A stretch of DNA of 32,000 nt. Source: Verrucomicrobiota bacterium. Its GTDB lineage: Bacteria; Verrucomicrobiota; Verrucomicrobiia; Chthoniobacterales; UBA6821. The notes beneath the pieces are model-generated. The model made no database searches. It saw nothing but the letters and a program-made list of their open reading frames with translations, and had not been told where the DNA came from. This document shows, piece after piece, positions 16,805 to 27,100 of this stretch. Both the position numbers and the translations under genes were made by a program. The DNA is taken from assembly GCA_008932965.1 (NCBI GenBank), contig WBXG01000006.1, positions 1 to 32,000 on the forward strand, in the 5' to 3' direction. Numbering within the stretch: position 1 is the stretch's first letter; each line of letters starts with the position of its first letter.

Positions 16805-17383
16805 ATGATACGCTTTTTATTTTTTCGTAGGGGTCTTTTTGTAATTCTGCTGATATGCTTTGTTCATTGGAGCATGGGTGCAACAGCCTTGGAGGGAACA
16901 TCACCTCCTAGTGATCCCTTAAAACTAGGAATTGGGAGTAAGCCCCGACCCAAGAATGCACGAACTATTATCGATGCAGAAGAGGGAGCATGGTTTGATG
17001 ATTTAACCAATACCATTGAATTTAATGGGCATGTGGTTGTGCACGATCCGCAGTTTATCCTCTATTGCGACAAGTTGCATGTTGTGATGAATAAAAATCG
17101 CCAAGGCCTTCAGCAGGTTATCGCCACAGGCAATGTCATTATTGAACAAGAAAATACGAATGATCAAGGGGAGGCTATCAAATCCGTAGCACGTGCTGGC
17201 GAGGCTCTTTATGATCCCGCGACTGGCGATATGACACTGAAAATAGGACCTCAGATTCAACAAGGTCGAAGCTATCAAGTAGCAACAGAAGAGGGCACAG
17301 TGATGATTCTCAATAATAAGGGAACTTCAAGGACCATTGGAAAAAGTCGGGCTATGGTCGTCGACCCTGGCCAAACACCCTAG
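16805..17383 (+). CDS. lptA: LptA/OstA-family LPS transport periplasmic protein
   Basis: It has a signal peptide and an OstA N-terminal-like domain (F.G.V.V......L.CD.L.V......ATGNV.I) and lies upstream of lptB. Confidence 0.7.
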   Translation: MIRFLFFRRGLFVILLICFVHWSMGATALEGTSPPSDPLKLGIGSKPRPKNARTIIDAEEGAWFDDLTNTIEFNGHVVVHDPQFILYCDKLHVVMNKNRQGLQQVIATGNVIIEQENTNDQGEAIKSVARAGEALYDPATGDMTLKIGPQIQQGRSYQVATEEGTVMILNNKGTSRTIGKSRAMVVDPGQTP

Positions 17384-17413
17384 CCTGGATATTTCTTACT
17401 GAAATATCTGGGC
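17383..17413. repeat. Minimal 31-bp hairpin derivative of the MITE termini
   Basis: The sequence is gcctggatatttc ttact gaaatatctgggc. The TA at 17381-17382 belongs to the lptA TAG stop. It forms a 13-bp stem if two G-U pairs are allowed. Confidence 0.65.
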
Positions 17414-17470
17414 TCAACAATTCTTTACACTTTACTCAATACTCATTACCCGTTATTGGGTGTGAGCCCT

Positions 17471-18241
17471 ATGTCTTCTCATCATCCCTCTCCATTTTCT
17501 CCAGTAACATCGCACGATGAATCTATTTTAAGAACCGATGAGCTGGTAAAAATTTATAATGGGCGTTCCGTTGTCAATGGAGTGAACATTCATGTTCGGC
17601 CTGGTGAAATTGTTGGATTGTTAGGGCCTAATGGAGCAGGTAAAACGACTACATTTTATATGATCGTTGGACTCGTACGCCCAGATGGTGGTCGTACCTT
17701 CTTTAATGGGGTAGATGTCACTCATGAACCGATGTACAAACGAGCTCGTCTTGGTATGGGATACCTACCTCAAGAAGAGTCGATTTTTAGAAAGATGACG
17801 GTAGAGGAAAATATTCTCTCTATTTTACAAACAACCTCTCTGAATCAACAACAGCAACGCGATCGTTGTGATGAATTGCTAACCCGTTTTGGGATTGATC
17901 ATTTGGCTAAAAATGAGGCACTCACCTTGAGCGGTGGAGAAAAACGCCGTTTGACCATTGCTCGTTCCTTAGTCATGAATCCTTCGCTCTTGATGCTCGA
18001 TGAACCCTTTAGCGGTGTTGACCCTATTGCTGTTTATGATGTACAGCAGGTTATTTCAGATCTACGTGATAGCGGCTTAGCAATTATTATTACAGATCAT
18101 AATGTGCGAGAGACCTTGGCAATTACTGATCGTGCTTATCTTATTTTTGAAGGGCGTGTTGAAAGTCAGGGAGACAAGGATTTCTTACTTCATGATCCAA
18201 TTAGCCGTAAGCTTTATTTGGGAGAATCTTTTTCCATGTAA
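17471..18241 (+). CDS. lptB: LPS export ABC transporter ATP-binding protein
   Basis: It has Walker A (GPNGAGKTT), the ABC signature (LSGGEKRRL), Walker B (LLMLDEPF) and an LptB-like C-terminus. Confidence 0.9.
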   Translation: MSSHHPSPFSPVTSHDESILRTDELVKIYNGRSVVNGVNIHVRPGEIVGLLGPNGAGKTTTFYMIVGLVRPDGGRTFFNGVDVTHEPMYKRARLGMGYLPQEESIFRKMTVEENILSILQTTSLNQQQQRDRCDELLTRFGIDHLAKNEALTLSGGEKRRLTIARSLVMNPSLLMLDEPFSGVDPIAVYDVQQVISDLRDSGLAIIITDHNVRETLAITDRAYLIFEGRVESQGDKDFLLHDPISRKLYLGESFSM

Positions 18242-18354
18242 TTTTTAGACTTTTTTTTGTAATCTGATGATTCTTCTAATAAATTCCAAATCCTTTGCAT
18301 CCCCTAAGGTGCCCAGCTTGTAATCCAGAATTTAAAAAAAGTTCAATTCCAAAC

Positions 18355-19299
18355 ATGCACAAAAATATTGTCAAAAAGCTTAGTGTTGCTGAATTTTTTA
18401 CCCGTTATCAAAAAGAACTCCAATTAGAGCAGCTCAACAAAGAATTAGGTGAGGAATCTTACATTAAGGAGCCTACCGTTAACCGGCCTGGGTTAGCACT
18501 TGCCGGATTTTTCAGGTATTTTCCATTTAAGCGTCTTCAGGTGGCTGGATATGCTGAGTTAAGTTATTTAAGGCATCTGCCAGTGGAAGAATGTGAGATG
18601 CGATTGAGAGAAATTTTTACACTTCGCATCCCGGCTCTTGTTATTTCTCGCGGGTGCACGCTTTCCTCACAATTATTAAAACTTGCAGAAGAGTTTAAGG
18701 TACCTGTTCTTCGTACCCCGCTCATTACAATGGAATTTATTAATGCGGCAACCATTGCTCTAGAAGAGGCATTTGCTCCGGTTACAACAGAATTTGGAAG
18801 CATGGTTGACATTCTTGGAATTGGTGTCCTCATCAAGGGTCAAACAGGCATTGGTAAAAGTGAATGTGTCTTAGGGTTGATAGAACGTGGGTACAGTCTT
18901 GTGAGTGATGATATCACACGTTTTCGAAATTTTGAAGGTCGTGAATTATTTGGAACAAGTAGTGATGTGACACGATTTCATATGGAAATTCGCGGCATTG
19001 GTATTATTAATATTCCTGCCATTTTCGGTATCGGAGCTGTTCGTCCAGAAAAGAGACTTGACCTCATTGTTACCTTAAAAGATTGGAATGAAGTAGAGCA
19101 TATTGAACGAGTGGGGCTCGACTTAGAATTTTTAACTATTCTAGGTATTGATATCCCTCATCTCACTATTCCTGTGAGGAATGGACGTGATGTTTCTCGT
19201 TTAGTAGAAGTTGCAGCACTAGATCAAAAACTCAAATCTATGGGCTATCATGCTGCTCTGGAATTCAATAATCGACTGCTTCAAGTCATGAAGGGGTAA
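18355..19299 (+). CDS. hprK: HPr(Ser) kinase/phosphorylase
   Basis: It carries GQTGIGKSECVLGLIERGYSLVSDD (P-loop), EIRGIGIINI and the expected C-terminal region. Starting at MHKNIV gives 314 aa. Confidence 0.88.
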   Translation: MHKNIVKKLSVAEFFTRYQKELQLEQLNKELGEESYIKEPTVNRPGLALAGFFRYFPFKRLQVAGYAELSYLRHLPVEECEMRLREIFTLRIPALVISRGCTLSSQLLKLAEEFKVPVLRTPLITMEFINAATIALEEAFAPVTTEFGSMVDILGIGVLIKGQTGIGKSECVLGLIERGYSLVSDDITRFRNFEGRELFGTSSDVTRFHMEIRGIGIINIPAIFGIGAVRPEKRLDLIVTLKDWNEVEHIERVGLDLEFLTILGIDIPHLTIPVRNGRDVSRLVEVAALDQKLKSMGYHAALEFNNRLLQVMKG

Positions 19300-19306
19300 A
19301 ATTAAT

Positions 19307-19618
19307 ATGATGGATCCTAGTGATGATAAGAAAAATTTTAATGATCCATTCTGTGTGATCAAGGATGTCACTATTAAAAATAGTAACGGTTTGCATGCTC
19401 GGCCTGCAGCACTCTTTGTGAAGACCGCTAATCAATTTCGTGTAGAAATTTCAGTAGAAAAAGAGGGAGAGCTTATCAATGGTAAAAGCATCATGGGATT
19501 GATGATGCTTGCTGCAGCAAAAGGGTCACAAATACGTCTGATTGCAAAAGGGGAAGAAGCAGTTGCTGCTATTGCTGCCCTTGAAGCGTTGATCATGAAT
19601 TGCTTTGGTGAAGTGTAG
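19307..19618 (+). CDS. ptsH: Phosphocarrier protein HPr
   Basis: It has the NGLHARPA active-site His motif and a GKSIMGLM Ser-phosphorylation-site region. Confidence 0.88.
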   Translation: MMDPSDDKKNFNDPFCVIKDVTIKNSNGLHARPAALFVKTANQFRVEISVEKEGELINGKSIMGLMMLAAAKGSQIRLIAKGEEAVAAIAALEALIMNCFGEV

Positions 19619-19646
19619 CAATAAGCTTTTGCAGCTGCTTTTTACT

Positions 19647-19812
19647 CACCCTAATCGTGACGAGGAGGCCGCGAAGGCTGATGGGGTAAGGCAGGCGAGC
19701 ATTTTGATGCAGGGCTGTATGTGTACATACTGCCCAAATCAAAATGGGAGTCTAACGCAGCATCCATCTGACTTCGCGGTTTCCGTAGTAGATCAGTATG
19801 AAATATCCGGAT
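19647..19812 (+). mobile_element. MITE-like element, about 170-bp copy with a degenerate left terminus
   Basis: The right end is gatcagtatgaaatatccggat followed by TA (19813-19814). The interior is 99% identical to the reverse complement of 1-100. It starts about 30 bp after the ptsH stop. Track ORFs 19605..19964 and 19651..19887 are translations of it. Confidence 0.85.
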
Positions 19813-19982
19813 TAACTGAAACAGGTCAAAAAAAAGACAACCCGCCACACCCAAAGGTGCGACGGGTTGTTGTTCCCCCCAGAACATTCTTTCAATTGAT
19901 AGAAAAGTATAGTATAGGTAATTCTTTGCAATCCTTTTTTCTCAATAGAGGAAATATTCACTAGCACCTCCTCTCATTTTCT

Positions 19983-21545
19983 ATGCTTTCTGTTATTCGT
20001 AAAAATCAGCATTTTTTAACGTTTTTTATTGTTCTTTTTACAATTGTTTCTTTTATCTGGCTTTATAATAGAACGAATTTATCTCAAATCGGTGTTAATG
20101 ATGTCGCCACCGTTTACGGGCATGTGATCCAAAAGTCAGAATGTGAACGTGAGATTCGTGACTATCGTCTTGCAGTTGCCCTGGGGTTAACTGAGTTCGT
20201 GAATGATCTCGGTGGTTTTGCAGAAAATGAAGAAGTGGCCCTCACCTCTTTTGTTTTTAATACGTTAGTGATTCAACATGAAGCCCCAAAATTAAGCATT
20301 GTACCAACCGATGAAAACATCGCAACGGTGATTCAATCATTTCCTATGTTCCAGACAGATGGATCTTTTGACAGTAGTAAGTATGCCCTTTTTTTGCAGG
20401 AGCAACTTATTCCACGTGGCTTTACAGAGCACCACTTAGAAGAAGTAGTACGTGATTCTCTCTATTTTAAAAAATTATATCAACTCATCACTGCACCAGT
20501 AATTGTGAGTGAAGCTCAGGTACGAGAAGCAGCCCAGATCTATCAACCGGTGAGCCTGCAGGTTCTTAGTTTTGATCAAGATCATTATTTTAAGAATCTC
20601 GGGGGGGAGGCTCTAACCCCTGCAGAAAAAAAAGAATATTACGAAAAAAATAAATCACTCTTTGTCAATGAGGAGGAAAGAGCGGTTGATTATCTCTGTT
20701 TTACGCTCCCTTTGAATCAACAAAATTTACAAGGAAAGGACCGTGTTAAAGCCCTGCAGGCGCTTTCTGAGACTGCTTCTGGTTTTAAACAACAGACCCA
20801 AGAAGAACAACAGAACGGAAAAGATTTTGAAAAAAGTGCTGCAAAATATGGTTTTCACGTTGTTAAAACTGCCACTTTTAAGAAAAAAGAATCGGAATCT
20901 ACTACTCCAGCAAAAACAAAGCTACCTCCTCCGGAGCTGATCTCCACTGCGTTCAAGCTTACTAATGTGGGAGCTATTTCTGAGATCATTCAAAGTGGAG
21001 ATCATTTTTATATTCTTTCTTTAAGACAACTCATTCCTGCAAGACCATTAACCTTGGAAGAAGCTGATTCGAAAATTGAGAAAATATTGCGAGACCAAAA
21101 AGCTTTTCAAGCAGTTCAGGAGGCTTCTAGTAATGCGATTAAAAGTTTAAATCAAGCCATGAAAGCTGGAAAAACATTTGCTCAAGCAAGTACTGAACTT
21201 GGACTCAAGCCAGTCATCATTTCAGGAAGTGTTTCCCCTGCATCCCCAAAGCGTTCTTTGCATGAGCAGCAATATCTTGCATCAACATTATCCCTAAAAG
21301 AAGGTGAGACGAGTCAAGTGAACCATGCCGAGTGGGGAGACTTTATTGTTACCTTACAACGAAGGGAGCCCCTCAGTGATCATGATTGGCAAATACATCA
21401 TGCGAGTATCGAAGAGGAATTATTAGAGCAAGGGCGGCATCTGCTTTTTTTTGAATGGCTGCGCCAGGCCCGAGCAGATGCTAAGATTAGTATGATTGAT
21501 GGACACCATCGCCGCAGTCTTTTCTCCTCTATTTTCGGAAAATAA
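19983..21545 (+). CDS. PpiD/SurA-like membrane-anchored periplasmic chaperone
   Basis: It has an N-terminal TM anchor, a SurA-N-like region and a degenerate parvulin-like segment. The product is 520 aa. Confidence 0.55.
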   Translation: MLSVIRKNQHFLTFFIVLFTIVSFIWLYNRTNLSQIGVNDVATVYGHVIQKSECEREIRDYRLAVALGLTEFVNDLGGFAENEEVALTSFVFNTLVIQHEAPKLSIVPTDENIATVIQSFPMFQTDGSFDSSKYALFLQEQLIPRGFTEHHLEEVVRDSLYFKKLYQLITAPVIVSEAQVREAAQIYQPVSLQVLSFDQDHYFKNLGGEALTPAEKKEYYEKNKSLFVNEEERAVDYLCFTLPLNQQNLQGKDRVKALQALSETASGFKQQTQEEQQNGKDFEKSAAKYGFHVVKTATFKKKESESTTPAKTKLPPPELISTAFKLTNVGAISEIIQSGDHFYILSLRQLIPARPLTLEEADSKIEKILRDQKAFQAVQEASSNAIKSLNQAMKAGKTFAQASTELGLKPVIISGSVSPASPKRSLHEQQYLASTLSLKEGETSQVNHAEWGDFIVTLQRREPLSDHDWQIHHASIEEELLEQGRHLLFFEWLRQARADAKISMIDGHHRRSLFSSIFGK

Positions 21546-21611
21546 GATTCCTTAACTATCACGATGGTTTGACTCTGCTGGAGAACAGATCATGGTTCTA
21601 AAGTATATTTA

Positions 21612-21627
21612 TCCGGATATTTCATAT
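21612..21627. repeat. Solo terminal repeat remnant of the MITE-like element
   Basis: The sequence tccggatatttcatat, preceded by TA, overlaps the ATG (21626) of the TPR ORF. Confidence 0.45.
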
Positions 21628-22009
21628 GAAGGTGCATCTTAATTCAGACTCTCATCATTCAGAGCTCTTTGATGAAGCAACAGGTGCTCTTGCTATTGGA
21701 GATCTTGAAGGTGCCGTCACCCTTTATCAGCAATGTGTCGACTTAGAGCCTGAATTTTTTGAAGGATGGCATGCCTTAGGAATGGCCTTGATGAAGATAG
21801 GTCGCTACTCGGATGCGATCCAAGCAGGATTACGAGCAACGGAGCTTGCTCCTAACGATCAACTGGCATGGTCAAGCCTTTCTCTTTTTTATGTTCGTAA
21901 TCACCAAATTCCCGAGGCAGAAGCAGCAGGGGTGAAAGCAAAAATTCTTTCATGGGGAGGAAAGATTGCACTTGGTGCTACGCAGAGAAGCCCGGATATT
22001 TCATCATGA
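21626..22009 (+). CDS. TPR-repeat protein
   Basis: The 127-aa product has TPR-like repeats (A..Y...L...P.....W..LG.AL...G.Y..A). The last 7 codons and the stop are encoded by the element at 21990-22076. Confidence 0.55.
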   Translation: MKVHLNSDSHHSELFDEATGALAIGDLEGAVTLYQQCVDLEPEFFEGWHALGMALMKIGRYSDAIQAGLRATELAPNDQLAWSSLSLFYVRNHQIPEAEAAGVKAKILSWGGKIALGATQRSPDISS

Positions 22010-22076
22010 AGTCTCATGCGGCGCTGCTGAGTCATATCGACGCTGCATTGTCACGATAAGCATGAAATATCTGGGA
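21990..22076. mobile_element. MITE-like element, 87-bp degenerate copy
   Basis: The termini are gcccggatatttcatcatg ... gcatgaaatatctggga. Confidence 0.65.
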
Positions 22077-22169
22077 TCGAAAAATTGGAAAATCCTAGAA
22101 TTCTCCTCTTATTACGTTTAGCTTCCTTCTCACAGTTTAATTTTCATTACCAATTTTCACTCTATCATC

Positions 22170-24035
22170 GTGAGCTATCGTGTCTTTGCCAGAAAATATC
22201 GCCCCCAACGATTCCAGGATGTCGTTGGTCAGCGGACTATTATCCAAACGCTTCAAAATGCCATTAGCTCTCAAAAGCTTGCGCAAGCTTATCTCTTTGT
22301 TGGACCGCGTGGGGTTGGAAAAACCTCTATTGCCCGTATTTTTGCCAAAGCCCTCAACTGTTACCAAGGAGTAACAATCGATCCGTGTGGGTGTTGTTCT
22401 GCTTGTTTGGAAATTGCAGAAGGTCATAGCATGGATGTTCTGGAAATCGATGGAGCTAGTAATAATAGCGTCGAGAGCATCCGGACGCTTCGAGAGAATG
22501 CCGCCTTTGCACCTGTGCGAGGGCCTTACAAGATTTATCTCATTGATGAGGTACATATGCTCACCACAGCTGCTTTTAATGCTCTTCTTAAGACGTTGGA
22601 GGAACCACCAGAACATGTGAAATTTATTTTTGCAACAACGGAGGCACAAAAACTTCCCTCCACCATTACGAGTCGATGCCAACGCTTTGACTTAAGTCGT
22701 CTCACCGAAAAAGAGATTGCTAATCATCTTCTTTTGATTGCACAAAAAGAGGAAATCGCGTTGTCAGCAGAGGCTGCCTTAACAGTCGCTCACGGAGCTG
22801 ATGGAGCGTTGCGGGATGCAGAATCGATGTTGGATCAGCTCGTGGCTTTTTGCGGCAAAACAATTTCGCAGCACGATGTGCAACACATTTTTGGATTTAC
22901 TCCCAGTGATCTTGTTCATCAGCTAGGTAAAGCAATCCTTACGTTAGATGTCCATGCAGCATTGACATTAATTCAAGACCAGAGTGATGGAGGAAAGGAT
23001 CTCTCTCGACTATTAAGTGATCTCATCTATTTTTTTCGCGATCTTCTCATTGAAACAGTCCATCCCTCCATGGAGCAGACCTGTTTTTCGATGCTTCGAG
23101 ATTATCTCTCTTCAGAAAAGTTATTAACCCTTCTTGAGGAATTGGGAAAAGCTGAAGAACGCTTTAGATGGGCTACGAATAAGAAATTACAGTTTGATGT
23201 CCTTGCTATAAAAGCGATCCATCTTCTTCAAGAGGTAAGCCTCACAGAAGTTCTCGAGGTTTTAACAACTCTCCGTGAAGGAAAGGCCCCTCCTGAAAAA
23301 TTCAGGAAGCCAGTAGCAACATTGGTAAGAACCGAAGTGGACAAGAGTAAAAAAAATCATCAATCCCCCCTTGTCTCTTCTTCTCCAAAATTACTGGAAA
23401 GCGAGCCCCCTAGTCCCAATGATCCCAAGCCCCTAGCAATCTCCCCGGAGGAAAAAAGCGATCTCAGCCTCTCCTCCTCTGCCGTGCTACCAATGACTCC
23501 TTTAGACGAGGTGATCATTCCCATCAATAGAGAGTGCTGTAACGTGGATGCTGTAGTAACTCCTCTTATCAATGACCCTTGGGGTGGCATTGCCACCGCT
23601 CTTGCCTTGGAATCACCCTTAAAATTTGGATGGCTCACTACTGGACGTTTTGTAGAACGAAAGAATCACCAGATGGTTATCGAGTTTCCCTCTTCTTATG
23701 AGGCCCAAACTGAAACCCTTTTTTGGTCCCAGGCACGAAAAAAAATTCAAGAGCGACTCACTCAAAATTTAGGAGAGAAAGTAGAATTAGTGACTCGTTT
23801 TACTGGAGAAGCCCTCGCCGAGGAAGTGTTGGATGAGGAGACCGTAGAACTAATGCCTTCTCAGGAGGCCCCCAAAGATAGTTCTCCTCAATCTGCTAAA
23901 AAAACAAAACCATCTCTATCTCAACAATCCCATACCATTCCAACCCTGACCCAGGAGGAGCTAGATCATTTCAAAAATGATCCACTCATTAAAAAAGCGT
24001 TGGAGCTTTTTGAAGCTGAGATTGTGAAGAGCTAG
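22170..24035 (+). CDS. dnaX: DNA polymerase III subunit gamma/tau
   Basis: It shows RKYRPQRF.DVVGQ, GPRGVGKTS, a CxxCxxC zinc module, a DEVHML box and SRCQRF. The start is GTG. Confidence 0.92.
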   Translation: MSYRVFARKYRPQRFQDVVGQRTIIQTLQNAISSQKLAQAYLFVGPRGVGKTSIARIFAKALNCYQGVTIDPCGCCSACLEIAEGHSMDVLEIDGASNNSVESIRTLRENAAFAPVRGPYKIYLIDEVHMLTTAAFNALLKTLEEPPEHVKFIFATTEAQKLPSTITSRCQRFDLSRLTEKEIANHLLLIAQKEEIALSAEAALTVAHGADGALRDAESMLDQLVAFCGKTISQHDVQHIFGFTPSDLVHQLGKAILTLDVHAALTLIQDQSDGGKDLSRLLSDLIYFFRDLLIETVHPSMEQTCFSMLRDYLSSEKLLTLLEELGKAEERFRWATNKKLQFDVLAIKAIHLLQEVSLTEVLEVLTTLREGKAPPEKFRKPVATLVRTEVDKSKKNHQSPLVSSSPKLLESEPPSPNDPKPLAISPEEKSDLSLSSSAVLPMTPLDEVIIPINRECCNVDAVVTPLINDPWGGIATALALESPLKFGWLTTGRFVERKNHQMVIEFPSSYEAQTETLFWSQARKKIQERLTQNLGEKVELVTRFTGEALAEEVLDEETVELMPSQEAPKDSSPQSAKKTKPSLSQQSHTIPTLTQEELDHFKNDPLIKKALELFEAEIVKS

Positions 24036-24103
24036 CCTACATACTGCTCCTTTTGATTCTCGATTCTTAGGTTCCATAGAATGATTGGATCTCTTTTTTT
24101 CTT

Positions 24104-27100
24104 GTGAGTACTTCTCCACAACCTCTCTTTTTTGATTGGAAGAACCCCTGGCTACCGCCTCTTGCTACCTATTTGCTGCATACGTGGAATCAAGGAACAA
24201 GCGCTTCTCAAGAGGATCTTTCTTCAACTGTAGTTGTTCTTCCTGGTCGTCGTGCGGGAAGGAGGCTTTTAGAGTTATTGGCATTGGAAGCAGAGAAAGA
24301 GAAATGGAATTTGAATCCTCCTTCTATTGTGACACTACGCGAGGCGGTAACCCTACTGTTGAAACCAAGTGAAAAAACTCTTCCCGAAGCGAGTGGCGTA
24401 TTGCAGCGATTTGCCTGGCGTGAGGCTTTTCGAATGCTTCCGAAGTATCATCGAGATCATATTCAACCTTTTTCTAAGAAGGTCATTCCTCCAAGAAGTA
24501 GTGAGGTGTTGATTGGAATCATAGAATCACTTGCAGAAGAGATCGGAAGTAAGGGGCTTGATTTTCATACTGTGGCAGTTCGAGTGGGAGAGGTTTTTCC
24601 AGAATCTGCAGAACGAGAGCAACCTCGCTGGGAAGCACTTGCTTATCTTCAAAAAACCTACCGCAAGATGATGGCTTCATGGGGATATTCTGATCCTGCC
24701 GACTTTCTACGTTCTTCTCTCACCCATGGAGAAGTGTCCAAGGGTGTTCGAGTACTCGTAGCAGGAGTAGTGGAGGCTCCTCCACTTTTTGAATCTTTTT
24801 TTGAAAAAATAAAGCCCGCAGTGATTATTATTGCACCTAAGGAACATGCGGCAGGCTTTACCAATCATGGATTACTTGTGAAAGAATATTGGTTAGAGCA
24901 TCCACCAGTGATTCAAGATACAGAGCTCCTTCCATGCGAACGAAATGAAGATCAAGCAAAGGAGGTGGTTCGATTAATAACCCCTTTTAAGGATAGGAGA
25001 TCCGAGGTAACTGTTGCTCTCCCAGATTCCTCAACACTCCCCTTACTACAAACTCGGTTGGCACATGTAGGAGTTACAACTCGATGGGCAGGGGGGCTTC
25101 CTTTTCGTGGAGGACGTTTGTATCAACTCTTAAGAGCCATTGCTCATTTTTTAGATCATCACAACTATTCAGGACCAACAATAGCAGCTCTCAGTGCTCT
25201 TGTGCGCCATCCTGATATTTATCCCCATTGCATGGCACCAGAGGCATTTTTAAAAAAACTTGATCTTTTAGAACGTGAGCATCTCCCGCTCTTTTTAGAT
25301 AAGGGAAGTCTTGCTTCTTTCAAAAAAAATGAAGACCTCCTTCTCTGGATAGATGAACTTGAAACCCTCATTGGAATTGGGTCAGAGCCAGTATCGCTAG
25401 AGGAGGGAGCATCGAAATTACGAACTCTTTTGCAACATCTTTTCGGAAAACGGAAGGTACGGGGGAATACTTTTGAGGGGCATTATTTTTTAGGATGCCT
25501 CGAGGAATGCTTACACCTGCTAGATGAAATCGAAGAGATGGGTCCTCATATTTCTGAGCATTTTTCAATGAGTGCCTTTCTAGAAAATCTTCTGGAACTT
25601 CTTAAAGAAAAAAATATCCCAGAACAAGAAGAACCAGAAGCACTCGAATTACTTGGATGGCTAGAGTTGCAGGCTGATGATGCTCCCTATTGCATCATCA
25701 CTTCATGCCACGAAGGATCTTTTCCACAGAGTTTAACATCCAATCCTTTTTTGTCTCAGGGGCTTCGCTCACGTTTGGGTCTTAGTGAGGAGAGTTTGTT
25801 GCTCGCACGTGATCATTATCTTCTTCAAAGTATTATGGCTTCCCGCCAGGTTATCTTGATAGCACCTCGCTACAATGGTCGTGGAGAACCTGCTCGTCCT
25901 AGCCGTCTTTTAATGCTCGGATTGACTTTAGAGGAGTTGCCGCAACGGGTCCTCCAATTAACACAACCTCTCTTAGCCCCGATATTTCATACTGATCGTG
26001 ACGAAGAGACTGCGAAGGCTAATGGAGCGGGAGCGAGCGAGTCAACGCAGGCACGTATTTTGAAGCAGGGCTGTAGGAGTCTGACGCAGCATCCATCTGC
26101 CTTCTCGACCTCCGCAGGTGATCGGTATGAAATATCTGGGCTAAAAGAAGAAAAAATAAAGGAGCGAGCCCTCCCTCATCATGCTTCTCACTTTCATGCA
26201 CGACCTCTCGGTACAGAAAAGGTCACCTGTGTGACAGTGACAGGACTCCGGACCTATTTACAATCACCGCGACTTTTTTATCTCCAGCATGTCCTGCGAC
26301 TTCATGAAGTGGAGGAGGCTCCCCTAGAAATGAATGCTGGTCATTTTGGACGACTCATTCATGAGGTCTTAGGAGCTTTTGGGATGGAAGAAAAAAATAT
26401 CCCGTCAACCGATGCACGAACTTTATCAGAGTGGCTTCGAAGAAAACTTTTTTCTATAGCAGAGCACTATTTTGCTCCAGGACCCTCTCTTCCGATTCAA
26501 TTACAATTGGAGGCCATGGCGGAGACCTTAGATGGCTTTGCACAAGCTCAAGTAGCCCATTACCAGGAGGGATGGAGAATCATTGCAGCTGAAAACAACC
26601 ATTACTCTTCATCCCCAGTGATTGAGGAAAAAATGGCACTCGATGAGGGAGGCTCTCTTCTGTTACAGGGTCGCATTGATCGTATCGATTGGAATTACAA
26701 GCTGAGTCGCTGGATGATTATCGATTATAAAACACGGCACGATCAGGAATGGAGCAATGCCACCCCTGATAGAGAACATTTTCAAAAAAAAGGAGAAAAA
26801 ATTCTTTGGAAAGATCTTCAGCTTCCACTGTATTTAAGACTCTCTGCTCACTGGAAGGCGATTCAGGAATCAGGGCTTCCTGCTCCCACTATTGAGAATA
26901 CCGATCTGTGCTACTTTCAGTTACCCATAGAAACGGAGCAAGCAGGAGTGAGTGAACCATTTGATCCTAAGATGATCCTGCCTGGATGGAATGAAGCACG
27001 TCGTATTATGAAAGCGATCGTAGATGGAAATTTTGATGCACTTGGAACAATCGAAGCCATACGTATGCCTACCCTTGCTGCTCTCTGTGGAATTTCAATA

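Noticed and set aside
22137-22682. The 181-aa minus-strand ORF antisense to the 5-prime part of dnaX, together with other long antisense ORFs such as 4687..5142, 1059..1388 and 27449..27817.
   Set aside because: Each lies wholly inside and antisense to a gene with strong family signatures. They have no recognisable motifs and are typical shadow ORFs.
23346-23356. An A8 run (agt aaa aaa aat) in dnaX at about codon 393, as a gamma/tau frameshift or transcriptional-slippage site.
   Set aside because: Its position resembles the E. coli and Thermus sites. However, the -1 and +1 frames stay open for about 20-35 codons rather than terminating at once, there is no obvious downstream stem-loop, and similar A7-A8 runs are common throughout this AT-rich window. 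This is not supportable from sequence alone.
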